From the NCBI GenBank assembly GCA_965216635.1, contig OZ244188.1:832001-896000 (forward strand): a stretch of DNA of 64,000 bases, read 5' to 3'. Shown in pieces: positions 1 to 10,109 of the stretch (the stretch's first letter is position 1; the number at the start of each line of letters is the position of its first letter). The position numbers and the translations under genes are program-made. The stretch comes from a bacterium. GTDB taxonomy: Bacteria; SAR324; XYD2-FULL-50-16; G965216635. Under the pieces are notes generated by a model, which worked only from the letters and a program-made list of their open reading frames with translations, was not told the origin of the DNA and did no database searches.

Positions 1-115
1 TAAAAAAATATTTCTAAATAGTTTCATTTTAACTTTTCATTTTGGGTGTTTTATTTGTATAGTATTCTGAATAGAATAGATTATCAAATTTTTTTAAAAA
101 ATCAATATAAAACCA

Positions 116-2890
116 ATGAGGTATTACATAAAGCAAAAAAAATGGGGAAGTTGGATTTTTTTATCACTCCTATTTTTGATTAGTATTCCATTTTTTGAGC
201 CTATTACAAAAAAGATTAACACTTATATCTACTACGAAACCAATATTATTGATGGAAAAATATTCAATCTTTATCATCGTCTACCCGATTTAGAATGGTT
301 TTATGAATATCAAAATCAACTTCCTATTTTTCTAGCTATTTTGAGTTTTTCTGCACTTTTTATTGCTCCTCTAAACTCCATTAACAATACTATTAAAGAT
401 GGAAATTTATTGCAAGTAACCTATATCAGAGATAGGTTCAATTACTCCATAGTAGGACGGTATCTATTTTTAATCCTCATCATTATTGTGGTAGGACACT
501 TTATTCTCACATTACTAATTCTCTTTTTTATTGTTACAGATATTTTTATTTTTTACCGCAGATACGCCAATTTTATTTTTAAAAATAATAGAGTAATGGT
601 GCGATTTTTAAGTAGTAAAATTCGCGAGGAAAATAAAACTAGGAGTGTATTTTTAGAAACTTTTATAGAGGTGAAAGATATATTAGCTCGCTTTGAAAAA
701 AAACATAAAAATTTAACAAGTGATTATAATACTTCCATCACTCTTGTTAGTCGCTTGGGAGTACAAGAAGTAGATAAAGGGAAACTTAAAAGTTTTTTAA
801 CCTCTGCAAACCATAAAATCAATTTTTATGAAGATAAGAAAACTTCTTACAAAAAATTTTCTTATTTTCGTTCCTCTGTGTTTTTTGATTTTAGAGATTT
901 TAAAATTTCCCTTGTTTTAGACTATAAAGAAAATAAAACTTTACAAAAATCTGATGAATATTCTGAATCTATTACTGCTTCGTTACAAAATGAATTTTAT
1001 AGAGTTTTTGACTATCTGAAGAAAAACCATTTTGAAGGAATTTTACCCTATTTGATGAGTGGTTTGGATGTTTATTTTTTTGATCTTTATAAAAAAAACG
1101 AGTTTAGAGTTCTGTTTTCTACTATTGATTTAATGCAAGAAGCTATCTCTCAAGCGGATCTGAGAATTGGCAGTGGTGTTTTTGATGTGTTAGATTTTTT
1201 TCATAAAATATTTAATGATTACAAAACAATGAATACTGTGCCTGTATTCAATGAAAAGATCTACCAATTATGGTTGGCAGTTTTTAAGAAAAGTATTTCC
1301 TTAGATAAAAATGTTATAGAGTTTCATTTTAGTAATTTTTGTTTCGGTTTAGAAAAAGGATTCATCAATAAATTGCATTTACAAAAATTCAATCTAGATA
1401 TAAAAACTGCTCTGCTTCAGAGCGAGAATTCTTTGCATAGTGATTTCATCTTTGCCTTTTTTAACTCCCTACTAAAAATAGCTGTGAGTATGAGTTGGAC
1501 AGAGTATGATTATGCTAATCAATTTGCCAAAAAAATCGCTTATTTTGGTGAAGAAATTTTTTTTGATGCTAACTTAAAAATCACACCAGAAAATAGAGAA
1601 CAAAGTCAATTAGATTCTAAGCAAGGATTGTTTCTACTTGCAGCCTATTGTTTGCAACAAAAAAAAAAGAATTTATGTATAAAAAGTTTAGCTCTTCTAA
1701 GAGATGACACGGTAACTGTTTTTTTACAATTTGCAGAAAACGAAGTATGGAGTCAAAAATGGCAATGGGAACAGTGGTTCAAAGAAGAAAAGGCAGATAG
1801 TAAAATTTTACAAAAAATAAATTTAAGAGATTTTGTTTGTTATCTATTACTTTTTTATTTAAAAAACGAAAAAAAAGCATCCAGCCTGTTAAAACAACAA
1901 AATTATAAAAAAGAGCATTTAAATTATTTAGAAAGGTTACATATCTTATGCAATCAAAAAAATAGATTGAAAATAACTTTAAAAAAAATCTTGCAAGATA
2001 CTTTTAAAAAAGAAATTCAGAGTCGTTCTGTTGCTATATTAGAAGAAAAAAAACTAGAACTATTTAAATATTGCAACGAAGAATACAAAAGTGAAAATAA
2101 ATTAGCAGATTTTATCAAATTCAATTCTGTATTATTCAAAGACAAAAGAATCAGTAATAAAAAAAGAAGTCTACAATGGATTCTTGCAAAAAAAAACTTT
2201 TTAGGAAAAAAAGCTTTAATATTAGAAGACTACGACCATCTTGCTGAAAATCTATTAGAATTAGAACATAGGCATTGTCTACAAAAAATATGCTCTGTTC
2301 TTAATATCAAACATATTTCTTACAAAGAATTATTCATAGAGATCATCCCTAAACTTTTAGAAGAAGAAGGAGTCAACATTTTATTTTTTGGAGATTCGTA
2401 TAAAATTAGAAGATTTTTTGAAAGTCAAGGAGAAAAAAATCAATTTTTACTTGAACTCAGCTTGCAAGTTTCTCAAAAGAAAGTTTTTTTTTCTATGCAC
2501 AATAAAGATTATGATTACCTGCAAACTAGATATTGGTTAATACATAATTTAGAAAAAAGAGCTATCTATTTTTTGCCTTATGTGAAGGAAAAAGGAATCT
2601 TTCTTTTTATTTATAAAAAAAGAGACAAATTTAAGCTAGTCTGTAATACATCTCAAGCAAACCTAGAAAATCAGCAAACAGGGCATATCAATTATGAGTT
2701 AAACTCACCCAGTTTAAATTCAAAAATTGCAGAAAATTTTTTTAAAAATGAAAATCTACACAGCCTATCCGATACAGAAAAAAAAGCTATCCTTTTAAAC
2801 AATTTTACCTTTAAAATCACTAGCTCTTTGGACTTGAGTTTACCAAAATCACAGCAGCTCTTTTCTAAGGTTTATCATATTACAAGGTAG
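116..2890 (+). CDS. Large hypothetical membrane protein (N-terminal hydrophobic segments, long soluble C-terminal region)
   Basis: 924-aa ORF; 3-4 hydrophobic stretches in the first 150 aa; no motif recognised. Confidence 0.7.
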   Translation: MRYYIKQKKWGSWIFLSLLFLISIPFFEPITKKINTYIYYETNIIDGKIFNLYHRLPDLEWFYEYQNQLPIFLAILSFSALFIAPLNSINNTIKDGNLLQVTYIRDRFNYSIVGRYLFLILIIIVVGHFILTLLILFFIVTDIFIFYRRYANFIFKNNRVMVRFLSSKIREENKTRSVFLETFIEVKDILARFEKKHKNLTSDYNTSITLVSRLGVQEVDKGKLKSFLTSANHKINFYEDKKTSYKKFSYFRSSVFFDFRDFKISLVLDYKENKTLQKSDEYSESITASLQNEFYRVFDYLKKNHFEGILPYLMSGLDVYFFDLYKKNEFRVLFSTIDLMQEAISQADLRIGSGVFDVLDFFHKIFNDYKTMNTVPVFNEKIYQLWLAVFKKSISLDKNVIEFHFSNFCFGLEKGFINKLHLQKFNLDIKTALLQSENSLHSDFIFAFFNSLLKIAVSMSWTEYDYANQFAKKIAYFGEEIFFDANLKITPENREQSQLDSKQGLFLLAAYCLQQKKKNLCIKSLALLRDDTVTVFLQFAENEVWSQKWQWEQWFKEEKADSKILQKINLRDFVCYLLLFYLKNEKKASSLLKQQNYKKEHLNYLERLHILCNQKNRLKITLKKILQDTFKKEIQSRSVAILEEKKLELFKYCNEEYKSENKLADFIKFNSVLFKDKRISNKKRSLQWILAKKNFLGKKALILEDYDHLAENLLELEHRHCLQKICSVLNIKHISYKELFIEIIPKLLEEEGVNILFFGDSYKIRRFFESQGEKNQFLLELSLQVSQKKVFFSMHNKDYDYLQTRYWLIHNLEKRAIYFLPYVKEKGIFLFIYKKRDKFKLVCNTSQANLENQQTGHINYELNSPSLNSKIAENFFKNENLHSLSDTEKKAILLNNFTFKITSSLDLSLPKSQQLFSKVYHITR

Positions 2891-2913
2891 GTATTTGTGA
2901 ATCAGACTAATGT

Positions 2914-3170
2914 GAGACTGTTGAATCAGGCATTACAAGAAAGCTAGACAAGGCGCGAAAATTTTTAGCTCGCAGGAATACTCAAGTATTTCAAGAGTTA
3001 AAAATTTTTTTCAACGCTGTATAGGCTAAACAGAACGCAAATTCAAAAGTCTATAACCTTTATTTTGCGTCAAGCAATAAGAGCATCTTGAGTGATAAAA
3101 AATTTGAGTAAGCAAGCAGTATAGCCGAGCCGTTCTATTAATATGGGAGAATGCCTAATTCAACAGTCTC
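2914..3170. mobile_element. MITE-like palindromic element, GAGAC-ended subfamily (composite)
   Basis: TIR GAGACTGTTGAATCAGGCATT / AATGCCTAATTCAACAGTCTC (20/21 match); contains an internal GCAAATTCAAAAGTCTA end of the other subfamily; right end overlaps the gshB stop codon. Confidence 0.8.
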
Positions 3171-4120
3171 TAATATGCTTTGTTTTCTACAAAATCTATT
3201 ACCTTTGCAGAAAGATTTTGCTCAGAAAAATGGCTAGCCTCTTGGATGCCAGTAGGAGAAGTGACATTAACTTCTATTAAATGTTCTCCTATAATATCTA
3301 TACCCACAAAATAAAGTCCAAGTTTTTTTAAATAAGGCGACAGTTCAGCTACAATTTCTTTATCTTTTGGAGTTATTTCAGCAGCCTTTGCCTTACCTCC
3401 AGTAAAAAAATTATTGCGGTGTTCTTCTGGACTAGCCACTCTTAAAACAGAGCCTAGTATATCCCCATTGAGCAAAAGAATTCTTTTATCTCCGAGGGAT
3501 TTTGCAGCAGGCAAGTAGCTTTGTAACATAATTTCTTCGCTAAAATTTTTGCTTAAAACTTCTAAAGCTACAGAAGTGTTGGTATCACCTATTTTTAATT
3601 TAAAAATAGCACTACCGCCAAAACCATCTAGCGGTTTAGCAATAATTTCTTTTTCTTTTTCTAAAAAAGCTAAACAATCTTCTCTTTTGCGAGTAATACA
3701 AGTATTAGGGAGTAATTTTGGAAATCGAGTAGCCCAGATTTTTTCATTGACCGACCGTACTCCAGTCGGGTCGTTCAGTACAAAACAATCTTTTTTTGCA
3801 AGATCTAAAAACCAAGTATGATTCAAATATTCTAAATGAAAAGGAGGTTCTAAACGGATGAAAATAGCTTGAATTTCTGTTGCAGAAAATATTTTATGGT
3901 TTTTTTTAGAGCTGGCACCCAAGATTAATTTTTTTTTCCTTCTATCTGGGATAGCCTCATACACTCTAAAAAAAACTTCTCCAGCTTCTATTCTGATCTC
4001 CCCTTTAGGCAAATAAAAAATTTCGTGTCCCCGTGCAAAAGATTCTTCCATCAAAGCAAAACTAGTGTCCTTTTGAATGGACATCTTTTTAGGGTCATCT
4101 ATTAGATATAAAAATTTCAT
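3170..4120 (-). CDS. gshB: Glutathione synthetase
   Basis: KDTSFALM, R.EPPF, NEK, KPLDGFGG, GDKRILL, GIDIIG..LIEVNVTSPTG motifs; 316 aa. Confidence 0.95.
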   Translation of the reverse strand: MKFLYLIDDPKKMSIQKDTSFALMEESFARGHEIFYLPKGEIRIEAGEVFFRVYEAIPDRRKKKLILGASSKKNHKIFSATEIQAIFIRLEPPFHLEYLNHTWFLDLAKKDCFVLNDPTGVRSVNEKIWATRFPKLLPNTCITRKREDCLAFLEKEKEIIAKPLDGFGGSAIFKLKIGDTNTSVALEVLSKNFSEEIMLQSYLPAAKSLGDKRILLLNGDILGSVLRVASPEEHRNNFFTGGKAKAAEITPKDKEIVAELSPYLKKLGLYFVGIDIIGEHLIEVNVTSPTGIQEASHFSEQNLSAKVIDFVENKAY

Positions 4121-4214
4121 TCTTGATTTATTTTCTAAAATATATTATAGATAATAGATAAAAAAATACATATTTCAAACTATTAAAATTTTTTTATTGT
4201 TATAAGAGCATTGC

Positions 4215-4352
4215 ATGTGTTATGTGACGGAAGAACGTCTTTTTGCAAATAGTATATCCCTTATTTTGTGTTAAGCAATAAGAGTATTTTGAGTGATAAA
4301 AAATTTAATCAACGCAGTATAGCTGAACTAGAATGTCTAATTAGACAGTCTC
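4215..4352. repeat. Partial/degenerate copy of the palindromic element family
   Basis: Shares TTATGTGACGG and AAGCAATAAGAG...GAGTGATAAAAAATTT modules and a ...CAGTCTC end with 2914-3170. Confidence 0.6.
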
Positions 4353-4379
4353 TATTTTAGAATCAATTCAAATAGCCTT

Positions 4380-5066
4380 ATGGATTTACTCTATGGATTT
4401 GAAAAAAGCTTACTGGAAGGAGCTTTAGTTACTTTTCTAGTATCCATTTTTTCTATGGTTGTTATTCTTTTTTTGGGTGGAGTAGGAGCTATCGCTAAAC
4501 TCTCTTCTTTTTTACCTTTCCGTTTTATAGCCAATTTTTATACTACTCTCTTCAGAGGAGTCCCTGATTTAGTGATGCTTTTACTTATCTATTTTGGGGG
4601 ACAGGTTTTGCTCAACCAAACCCTTTATGCTGTAGGTTATGAAGAATATGTGGAAATCAGTCCTTTTAGTGCAGGAGTTTTTGCTATAGGTTTAATCTAC
4701 GGAGCCTATATGACAGAAACCTTTCGCGGTGCCCTTTTAGCTGTTCCTAAAGGACAACCAGAAGCGGCGCAAGCTTTTGGATTCACTTCTTTTCAAATTT
4801 TCATACATGTCACTCTTTTTCCTTTAATGCGGAATGCAATTGCAGGTATTAATAATATTTGGCAGGTAGCTTTGAAAGCGACAGCTTTGGTATCTATTAT
4901 AGGTTTAGACGATATAGTCCGCAAAGCAGGGCTTGCGGCTGGAGCTACCAAAAAACCTTTCGTATTTTATTTAGCAGTTTGCATTATTTACCTTATTTTT
5001 ACTTTTCTCTCTGGATTGTTATTTCGTTATCTTGAGAGTAAGTTACAAAAACCCTTTACAAAATAG
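4380..5066 (+). CDS. Polar amino acid ABC transporter permease (HisQ/ArtQ-like)
   Basis: YTTLFRGVPDLV, GAYMTETFRGA, GQPEAAQAFG EAA loop, LKATALVSIIG. Confidence 0.9.
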   Translation: MDLLYGFEKSLLEGALVTFLVSIFSMVVILFLGGVGAIAKLSSFLPFRFIANFYTTLFRGVPDLVMLLLIYFGGQVLLNQTLYAVGYEEYVEISPFSAGVFAIGLIYGAYMTETFRGALLAVPKGQPEAAQAFGFTSFQIFIHVTLFPLMRNAIAGINNIWQVALKATALVSIIGLDDIVRKAGLAAGATKKPFVFYLAVCIIYLIFTFLSGLLFRYLESKLQKPFTK

Positions 5067-5090
5067 CGGCAAAATAATGCCAAAATAATA

Positions 5091-5777
5091 ATGGACTTCT
5101 CTATAATTTTTGAAAACATAGGTTTCTATCTTGAAGGTCTGGTGGTGACATTAGAATTGGTTTTTGTATCACTGATTTTAGGTTTTTTTATAGCCTTAGC
5201 TTTAGCTCTAATGCTGACGAACCTAAAAAATTCTATTTGGACTTATCCCATTAAAAGCTATATCTATTTTTTTAGAGGCACTCCTCTTTTGGTACAAATA
5301 TTTTTGATTTATTACGGATTTTCTCAATTTGAATGGATCAGAGACAGCTTTGCTTGGGTCTACCTATCGGAAGCTTTTCCTTGCGCTCTTTTAGCCTTAA
5401 CTCTAAATACTGCAGCCTATAGCTGTGAAATAATACGCGTAGCAATAAAGACTACAGAACTTGCAGAAGAAGAAGCAGGTAAAGCTTTTGGAATGACTAC
5501 TTTTCAACTTTACCAAAAAATTATTTTGCCGTCCTCTTTCCGAAGAATGATACCCAGCTATTCTAACGAAGTTATTTTTATGCTACACGGTAGCGCAGTA
5601 GTCAGCACAATCACTCTAGTAGATTTAACGGGAGTAGCTCGTATTATCAATTCCAAGTATTTCAGCCCCTACGAAGCCTACATCACCAGTGGTTTGATTT
5701 ATCTAATCATTACCATATTGATCACCAATGCTTCTAAATATCTGGAGAAACGTTATCTTAAACACCTAGAAAATTAA
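5091..5777 (+). CDS. Polar amino acid ABC transporter permease (HisM/ArtM-like)
   Basis: FFRGTPLLVQ, LNTAAYSCEI, EAGKAFGM, PSYSNEVIFMLH. Confidence 0.9.
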   Translation: MDFSIIFENIGFYLEGLVVTLELVFVSLILGFFIALALALMLTNLKNSIWTYPIKSYIYFFRGTPLLVQIFLIYYGFSQFEWIRDSFAWVYLSEAFPCALLALTLNTAAYSCEIIRVAIKTTELAEEEAGKAFGMTTFQLYQKIILPSSFRRMIPSYSNEVIFMLHGSAVVSTITLVDLTGVARIINSKYFSPYEAYITSGLIYLIITILITNASKYLEKRYLKHLEN

Positions 5778-5868
5778 TAAGCAAAGAATTAATAAGCACC
5801 ACTACAATAGGCTCATATTCTAAATAAAAAACTATCCACCTACCTTTTAGTTTTTTTTAATACCACAG

Positions 5869-6067
5869 GAGACTTTTGAATTTGCCAAATAGGACAAAAC
5901 TAGCTGTTTAGTCAAAACAATCGTTAAAAAAAAATTTTTAACTCTTGCCATTTGTGAAGAAATGATCTTCAGTATTTCTACGAGCTAAAAATTTTTTTTG
6001 CACTTTCCAACCATTTGGCTAGCCGTCACAGCTAGTTTTATTCTATTTGGCAAATTCAAAAGGTCTA
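5869..6067. mobile_element. MITE-like palindromic element
   Basis: About 37-bp imperfect TIR GACTTTTGAATTTGCCAAATAGGACAAAACTAGCTGT ... ACAGCTAGTTTTATTCTATTTGGCAAATTCAAAAGGTC; no TSD visible. Confidence 0.8.
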
Positions 6068-6076
6068 AACTATTTT

Positions 6077-6685
6077 CTACAAGTCAGCTTTGAGGTTTTG
6101 CCTGCCCTCAAAGGCTTTATTTAAGGTAGCCTTATCTGAATATTTAATATCTCCCCCTGAAGGTAGTCCACAAGCAATACGGGTGATTTGCACAGATTCT
6201 TCTTTTAGATGTTGACAGAGATAATGAGCGGTGGCCTCTCCTTCAATGGTGGGATTCGTTGCTATAATTAACTCGCTGGGTTTATCTTTTTTGATTCTAT
6301 TGGTTAGCTCTGTGATTCTCAGTTTATCAGGACTGATTCCCTCTAGTGGTGATAACACTCCTTCTAGGACATGGTATAGCCCCCTAAAAGCAGAGCTGTT
6401 TTCTATGTTTAAAACATTTTCCCTTTCTTCTACTACACAAATAATATTGCCATCTCTGGAAAAATCATCACAATAAAGACATTTGTTCGCTTCTTTGAGG
6501 CAAAAACAAATAGGGCAAACAAAAACTTCTTCTTTGAGCTCAATAATAGCCCGCCCTAATTTATCTAAAATTTCTTGGTCTTGGGAAAGTAAATAGAAAC
6601 TCAGCCTTTTTGCTGAACGAGGCCCTATGGATGGCAATCTAGAAAATTCTTGTATTAATCTTTCTAGGGCTTTGGGGTATTTCAC
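6077..6685 (-). CDS. recR: Recombination mediator RecR
   Basis: LPSIGPRSAKRL HhH, CPICFC..C..C zinc finger, ICVVEE Toprim, ATNPTIEGEATA. Confidence 0.96.
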   Translation of the reverse strand: MKYPKALERLIQEFSRLPSIGPRSAKRLSFYLLSQDQEILDKLGRAIIELKEEVFVCPICFCLKEANKCLYCDDFSRDGNIICVVEERENVLNIENSSAFRGLYHVLEGVLSPLEGISPDKLRITELTNRIKKDKPSELIIATNPTIEGEATAHYLCQHLKEESVQITRIACGLPSGGDIKYSDKATLNKAFEGRQNLKADL

Positions 6686-7008
6686 TTTTTTTCCAAGAAA
6701 TTTTTTTGTACGCCAGAAATCATATCACTAAGATCAGGTGTGGATTCTTTTTTAATTTTCTGAATTGCTTGGTTAAAGGCTAACACAACAAGCTCTTCTA
6801 GAGTTGTTTTTTCTTTAGAACTTAAAAGCTCTTCATCTATTTTTAGATTTTTAACTTCCATATTTTCACTGATTTCTAGTTCTACCATACCACCTCCAAC
6901 AGATACAGAATGAAATTTATTTTTTCCTTCTTCTTTTTTTTTCTGCAGCTCTTTTTGAAATTCTTGAGCTTGCTTCATTATTTGGTTTAGGTCTATCCCT
7001 TCAAACAT
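6682..7008 (-). CDS. ybaB: YbaB/EbfC nucleoid-associated protein
   Basis: MKQAQEFQ, GGGMV, LEELVVLAFNQA; located between dnaX and recR. Confidence 0.9.
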   Translation of the reverse strand: MFEGIDLNQIMKQAQEFQKELQKKKEEGKNKFHSVSVGGGMVELEISENMEVKNLKIDEELLSSKEKTTLEELVVLAFNQAIQKIKKESTPDLSDMISGVQKNFLEKK

Positions 7009-7159
7009 AATTTTTATTTCTTTAAATTTAGGTTTTGATAACTTTTTAAGAAGTCAAATAACATTATTTTTAATAACTAATTTTAAACAAGTTATTAGTT
7101 TAGTCTACATTTTTTATAAAAAAAAAACAAGAATCTTGAACTTCTACAAGATCTTTAGT

Positions 7160-8140
7160 TTAGTTTTCATTTACATAACCGTACTTAATGAGTTTTTTTT
7201 TATCTAAATGATGTTTTTTAGCAAAAGAATCAAGATTTTTAATCGTAAATAATCTAGACAATCTTTTTGTTAAATTTTCATCAGGCTTATAATGTGGCAC
7301 TACCTTTGTATTCCATTTGATGTGATGGAAGAATAAAAATTTATTCCAGAAAAATCTTAAAAAATGCAATCTATAAGGTACTATTTTTTCGGACAACCAC
7401 TCGTCTAGTGATTTTACAACAGGTGGATTAAAGTGTCTTGTTTTTGTTTTTTTTGTGATATGCTGTGCTTTTTGCAAAAACCCAGTACTAATATAGTTTT
7501 CTTCAACACCTAATAAATTCGCCAAAATTCTAAAGTAAGTTTGTCTATCGTGGAGCAAATCTTCAAACAACAATACAGTTTTATTTGAAAAATATTGACT
7601 CACTATTGATAGGTATTGTTCATAAAAAAACATAATATATTTTGCATTATGTGGATCATTGAATAGATGCTGGGTGAATTTTATAAAAGTATCGTTTTCT
7701 TTTTGATAGTGGTAAACCCAACGATACATTTCAAGATATAAAGAAAAAATAAAATCAACGGGCAATCTTAGTGATAATAAACAGTGAATATCACAAGAGG
7801 AAAAAACAAATTGAAGTTGTTTGAAAATATTGTTTAAATCTATTCCTTTAACTAAGGTATCGCTTATATTTTCTTCGCTTAAAATATTGAGTTTGTCTTT
7901 ACTAAGTAACTGTTCAGTCGCTATTTTTAGCTGGTAAAGTCTATCTTTAGTGAGTTTTTTTTTAATCTCATTGAGAATATCACCAAATGGATAGTGCATG
8001 GTTCTTCTATTATTGCGATCTACACCCAAAAAATTAATCTTGCCTTTTTTATGTAAAGGTAAACAGATATTGTGTTGAAAACTAGTAGTTGCCGTTTTAT
8101 GTAAACCGATATGCAATAATAGTTTATATTGCTTTTGCAT
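7160..8140 (-). CDS. Sulfotransferase-fold (P-loop) hypothetical protein
   Basis: N-terminal LHIGLHKTATTSFQ (PAPS-binding-like loop), ILSEE, LR.P..F..S.Y, LLFEDL. Confidence 0.65.
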   Translation of the reverse strand: MQKQYKLLLHIGLHKTATTSFQHNICLPLHKKGKINFLGVDRNNRRTMHYPFGDILNEIKKKLTKDRLYQLKIATEQLLSKDKLNILSEENISDTLVKGIDLNNIFKQLQFVFSSCDIHCLLSLRLPVDFIFSLYLEMYRWVYHYQKENDTFIKFTQHLFNDPHNAKYIMFFYEQYLSIVSQYFSNKTVLLFEDLLHDRQTYFRILANLLGVEENYISTGFLQKAQHITKKTKTRHFNPPVVKSLDEWLSEKIVPYRLHFLRFFWNKFLFFHHIKWNTKVVPHYKPDENLTKRLSRLFTIKNLDSFAKKHHLDKKKLIKYGYVNEN

Positions 8141-8146
8141 ATTTCT

Positions 8147-10033
8147 TTAGGCTTTGAAAATTTCTTGAGCAGTCCTAACAACAATATCTTCAGACAATTT
8201 TTCTGTTTTTTCTGTTTCTGTTTTTTCTGGCTCTATTTTTTCTGGCTCTATTTTTTCTGGCTCTGTTTTTTCTGGTTCTATTTTTTCTGGCTCTATTTTT
8301 TCTTCTGGCTCATTCAGCAACAAACTCACTTCTATTTTTTCACCAAAAAACCGCTCTAGATAGTTTTCTAACTCTATCTGATACTCATTTGTCCAAAAAG
8401 ATAAAGACTCATCACTAGCTAAAATAAGCTTTTTATCTATTATTTTCTGTAATTGTAGCTGTTGTAATTGCTTTATTTTATAAGAGGAAGGATATTGATT
8501 TTTTAGCTCAGCTACGAATTTTTTATAATTCTCAAAATTCAAATTTTTTATTGGAGCAGTCATCTTTGTAGTTTGCGGATTCTGATTTTGCCAATCCGCT
8601 GGATTCGTGGGCTCTATTTTTTTGTTTATTTGTTGCACTGTAGCATCAGGCATAAAATTAGAAGCTGGCATTGATTCTGGTGTCAGTTCCGTCGTTGGTT
8701 CCGAAACAGAGACAGTTTGCTCTGCTGTTGGTTCTGTCGTTGGTTCCGAAACAGAGACAGTTTGCTCTGCTGTTGGTTCCGAAACAGAGACAGTTTGCTC
8801 TGCTGCTGGTTCCGAAACAGAGGCAGTTTGCTCTGTAACAGTACTAGTCTTCACTGCTTTTTGTACCTCTCTGCTAAAATTCTGACTTTGAATTGGTTCA
8901 TAATTGATAGTATTTTTTTCTAACTGATGAAGTATATCCTGCACTCTCGCTAAAGATTCTACTGAACACATTTTGATAATTCCCATTTCTATACAGAGCA
9001 TTGGAAATTGACTCGTTTTCCCTTGTTGCTCTACTTCTAATAAAATTTGAAAATACTGTTGCAATTTAGAAAGAGGTGTAAGCTCTAGCTTTTTTTGAAG
9101 TGTATCAGATTGGATAGGCTCATTGGTATTAGATTGAGGACAGCTTTTGAGTAATGAAATTTTATGCACTAGCAGTAAAAAATCACTTAAAATAATCTGC
9201 AACGGAATACCTTTGTTGCAAAGATTTTTGAAAAATATTAAAGCAGCAGTTATATCTTGCTCAATAATAGCAGAAAGTAACTCTTCTAAATCTTTGCTTT
9301 CTGTCATTTCCAAAATTTGACTTAAATCTTCATCTTTTATCTGTTTGCCGCAAAAAGCTAATAGCATATCAAGACTAGTAAGAGCCTCTCGCATAGCACC
9401 AGCAGCATTTTTAGCGATTTTTTTTAAGTTAGAATTACTAATTTCCATCCCTTCTTGTTGTGCTATATAAACTAAATGTGTTGCAATTTTTTCTGTATCT
9501 ATATTATGAAATTCGTACCTTTGGCAGCGAGATTGAATAGTTTGGGGTATTTTTTGGGGTTCTGTGGTTGCTAGAATAAATTTTACATGTGCGGGAGGTT
9601 CTTCTAAGCTTTTTAAAAGAGCGTTAAAAGATTCTACAGTGAGCATATGAGCTTCATCAATAATAAAAACTTTGAATTTATTTTGTATAGGTAAGTAAGC
9701 TAAATCTTCTCGGATTTTACGGATATTTTCTATACCTCTATTAGAAGCTGCATCTATTTCTATAATATCTGCTGAACCGCCTTGTTCTATAATTTGACAA
9801 TTTTTGCAAACACCACAAGGCTCTCCTTCTGTTGGATTTTGGCAAGCTAAAGCTTTAGCTAAAATCCTAGCACAGCTTGTTTTACCTGTTCCTCTACTAC
9901 CACAAAATAAAAAAGCTTGAGCTACTCTATTGTAGGTAACTGCATTTCTAAGAGTCTGCGATAAAATTTCTTGCCCTACTAGTTCTTTAAACATTTTAGG
10001 TCTCCATTTTCTCGCCAAAACTAGATAACTCAT
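8147..10033 (-). CDS. dnaX: DNA polymerase III subunit gamma/tau
   Basis: MSYLVLARKWRP, GSRGTGKT, EIDAASNRG, IIDEAHML, SRC motif. Confidence 0.97.
   Translation of the reverse strand: MSYLVLARKWRPKMFKELVGQEILSQTLRNAVTYNRVAQAFLFCGSRGTGKTSCARILAKALACQNPTEGEPCGVCKNCQIIEQGGSADIIEIDAASNRGIENIRKIREDLAYLPIQNKFKVFIIDEAHMLTVESFNALLKSLEEPPAHVKFILATTEPQKIPQTIQSRCQRYEFHNIDTEKIATHLVYIAQQEGMEISNSNLKKIAKNAAGAMREALTSLDMLLAFCGKQIKDEDLSQILEMTESKDLEELLSAIIEQDITAALIFFKNLCNKGIPLQIILSDFLLLVHKISLLKSCPQSNTNEPIQSDTLQKKLELTPLSKLQQYFQILLEVEQQGKTSQFPMLCIEMGIIKMCSVESLARVQDILHQLEKNTINYEPIQSQNFSREVQKAVKTSTVTEQTASVSEPAAEQTVSVSEPTAEQTVSVSEPTTEPTAEQTVSVSEPTTELTPESMPASNFMPDATVQQINKKIEPTNPADWQNQNPQTTKMTAPIKNLNFENYKKFVAELKNQYPSSYKIKQLQQLQLQKIIDKKLILASDESLSFWTNEYQIELENYLERFFGEKIEVSLLLNEPEEKIEPEKIEPEKTEPEKIEPEKIEPEKTETEKTEKLSEDIVVRTAQEIFKA
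8201..8311 (-). repeat. 15-bp in-frame tandem repeat in dnaX C-terminus (EPEKI/EPEKT)
   Basis: About 7 copies of TTTTTCTGGCTCTAT-like units. Confidence 0.85.
8690..8836 (-). repeat. 36/48-bp in-frame tandem repeat in dnaX linker (AEQTVSVSEPT)
   Basis: 4 copies of GGTTCCGAAACAGAGRCAGTTTGCTCTG. Confidence 0.85.
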
Positions 10034-10109
10034 AAATTGACTGTTGATATATTATTGTCTTTAAAGTATATTTATAAAAAAATAACTTTTCAAAAAAAAT
10101 TGATTACTT

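Noticed and set aside
9089..9095. A_AAA_AAG slippery site in dnaX (gamma/tau frameshift)
   Set aside because: Lies near codon 314, inside the clamp-loader core and too early for a functional gamma; A-runs are common in this genome; no clear stimulatory hairpin seen
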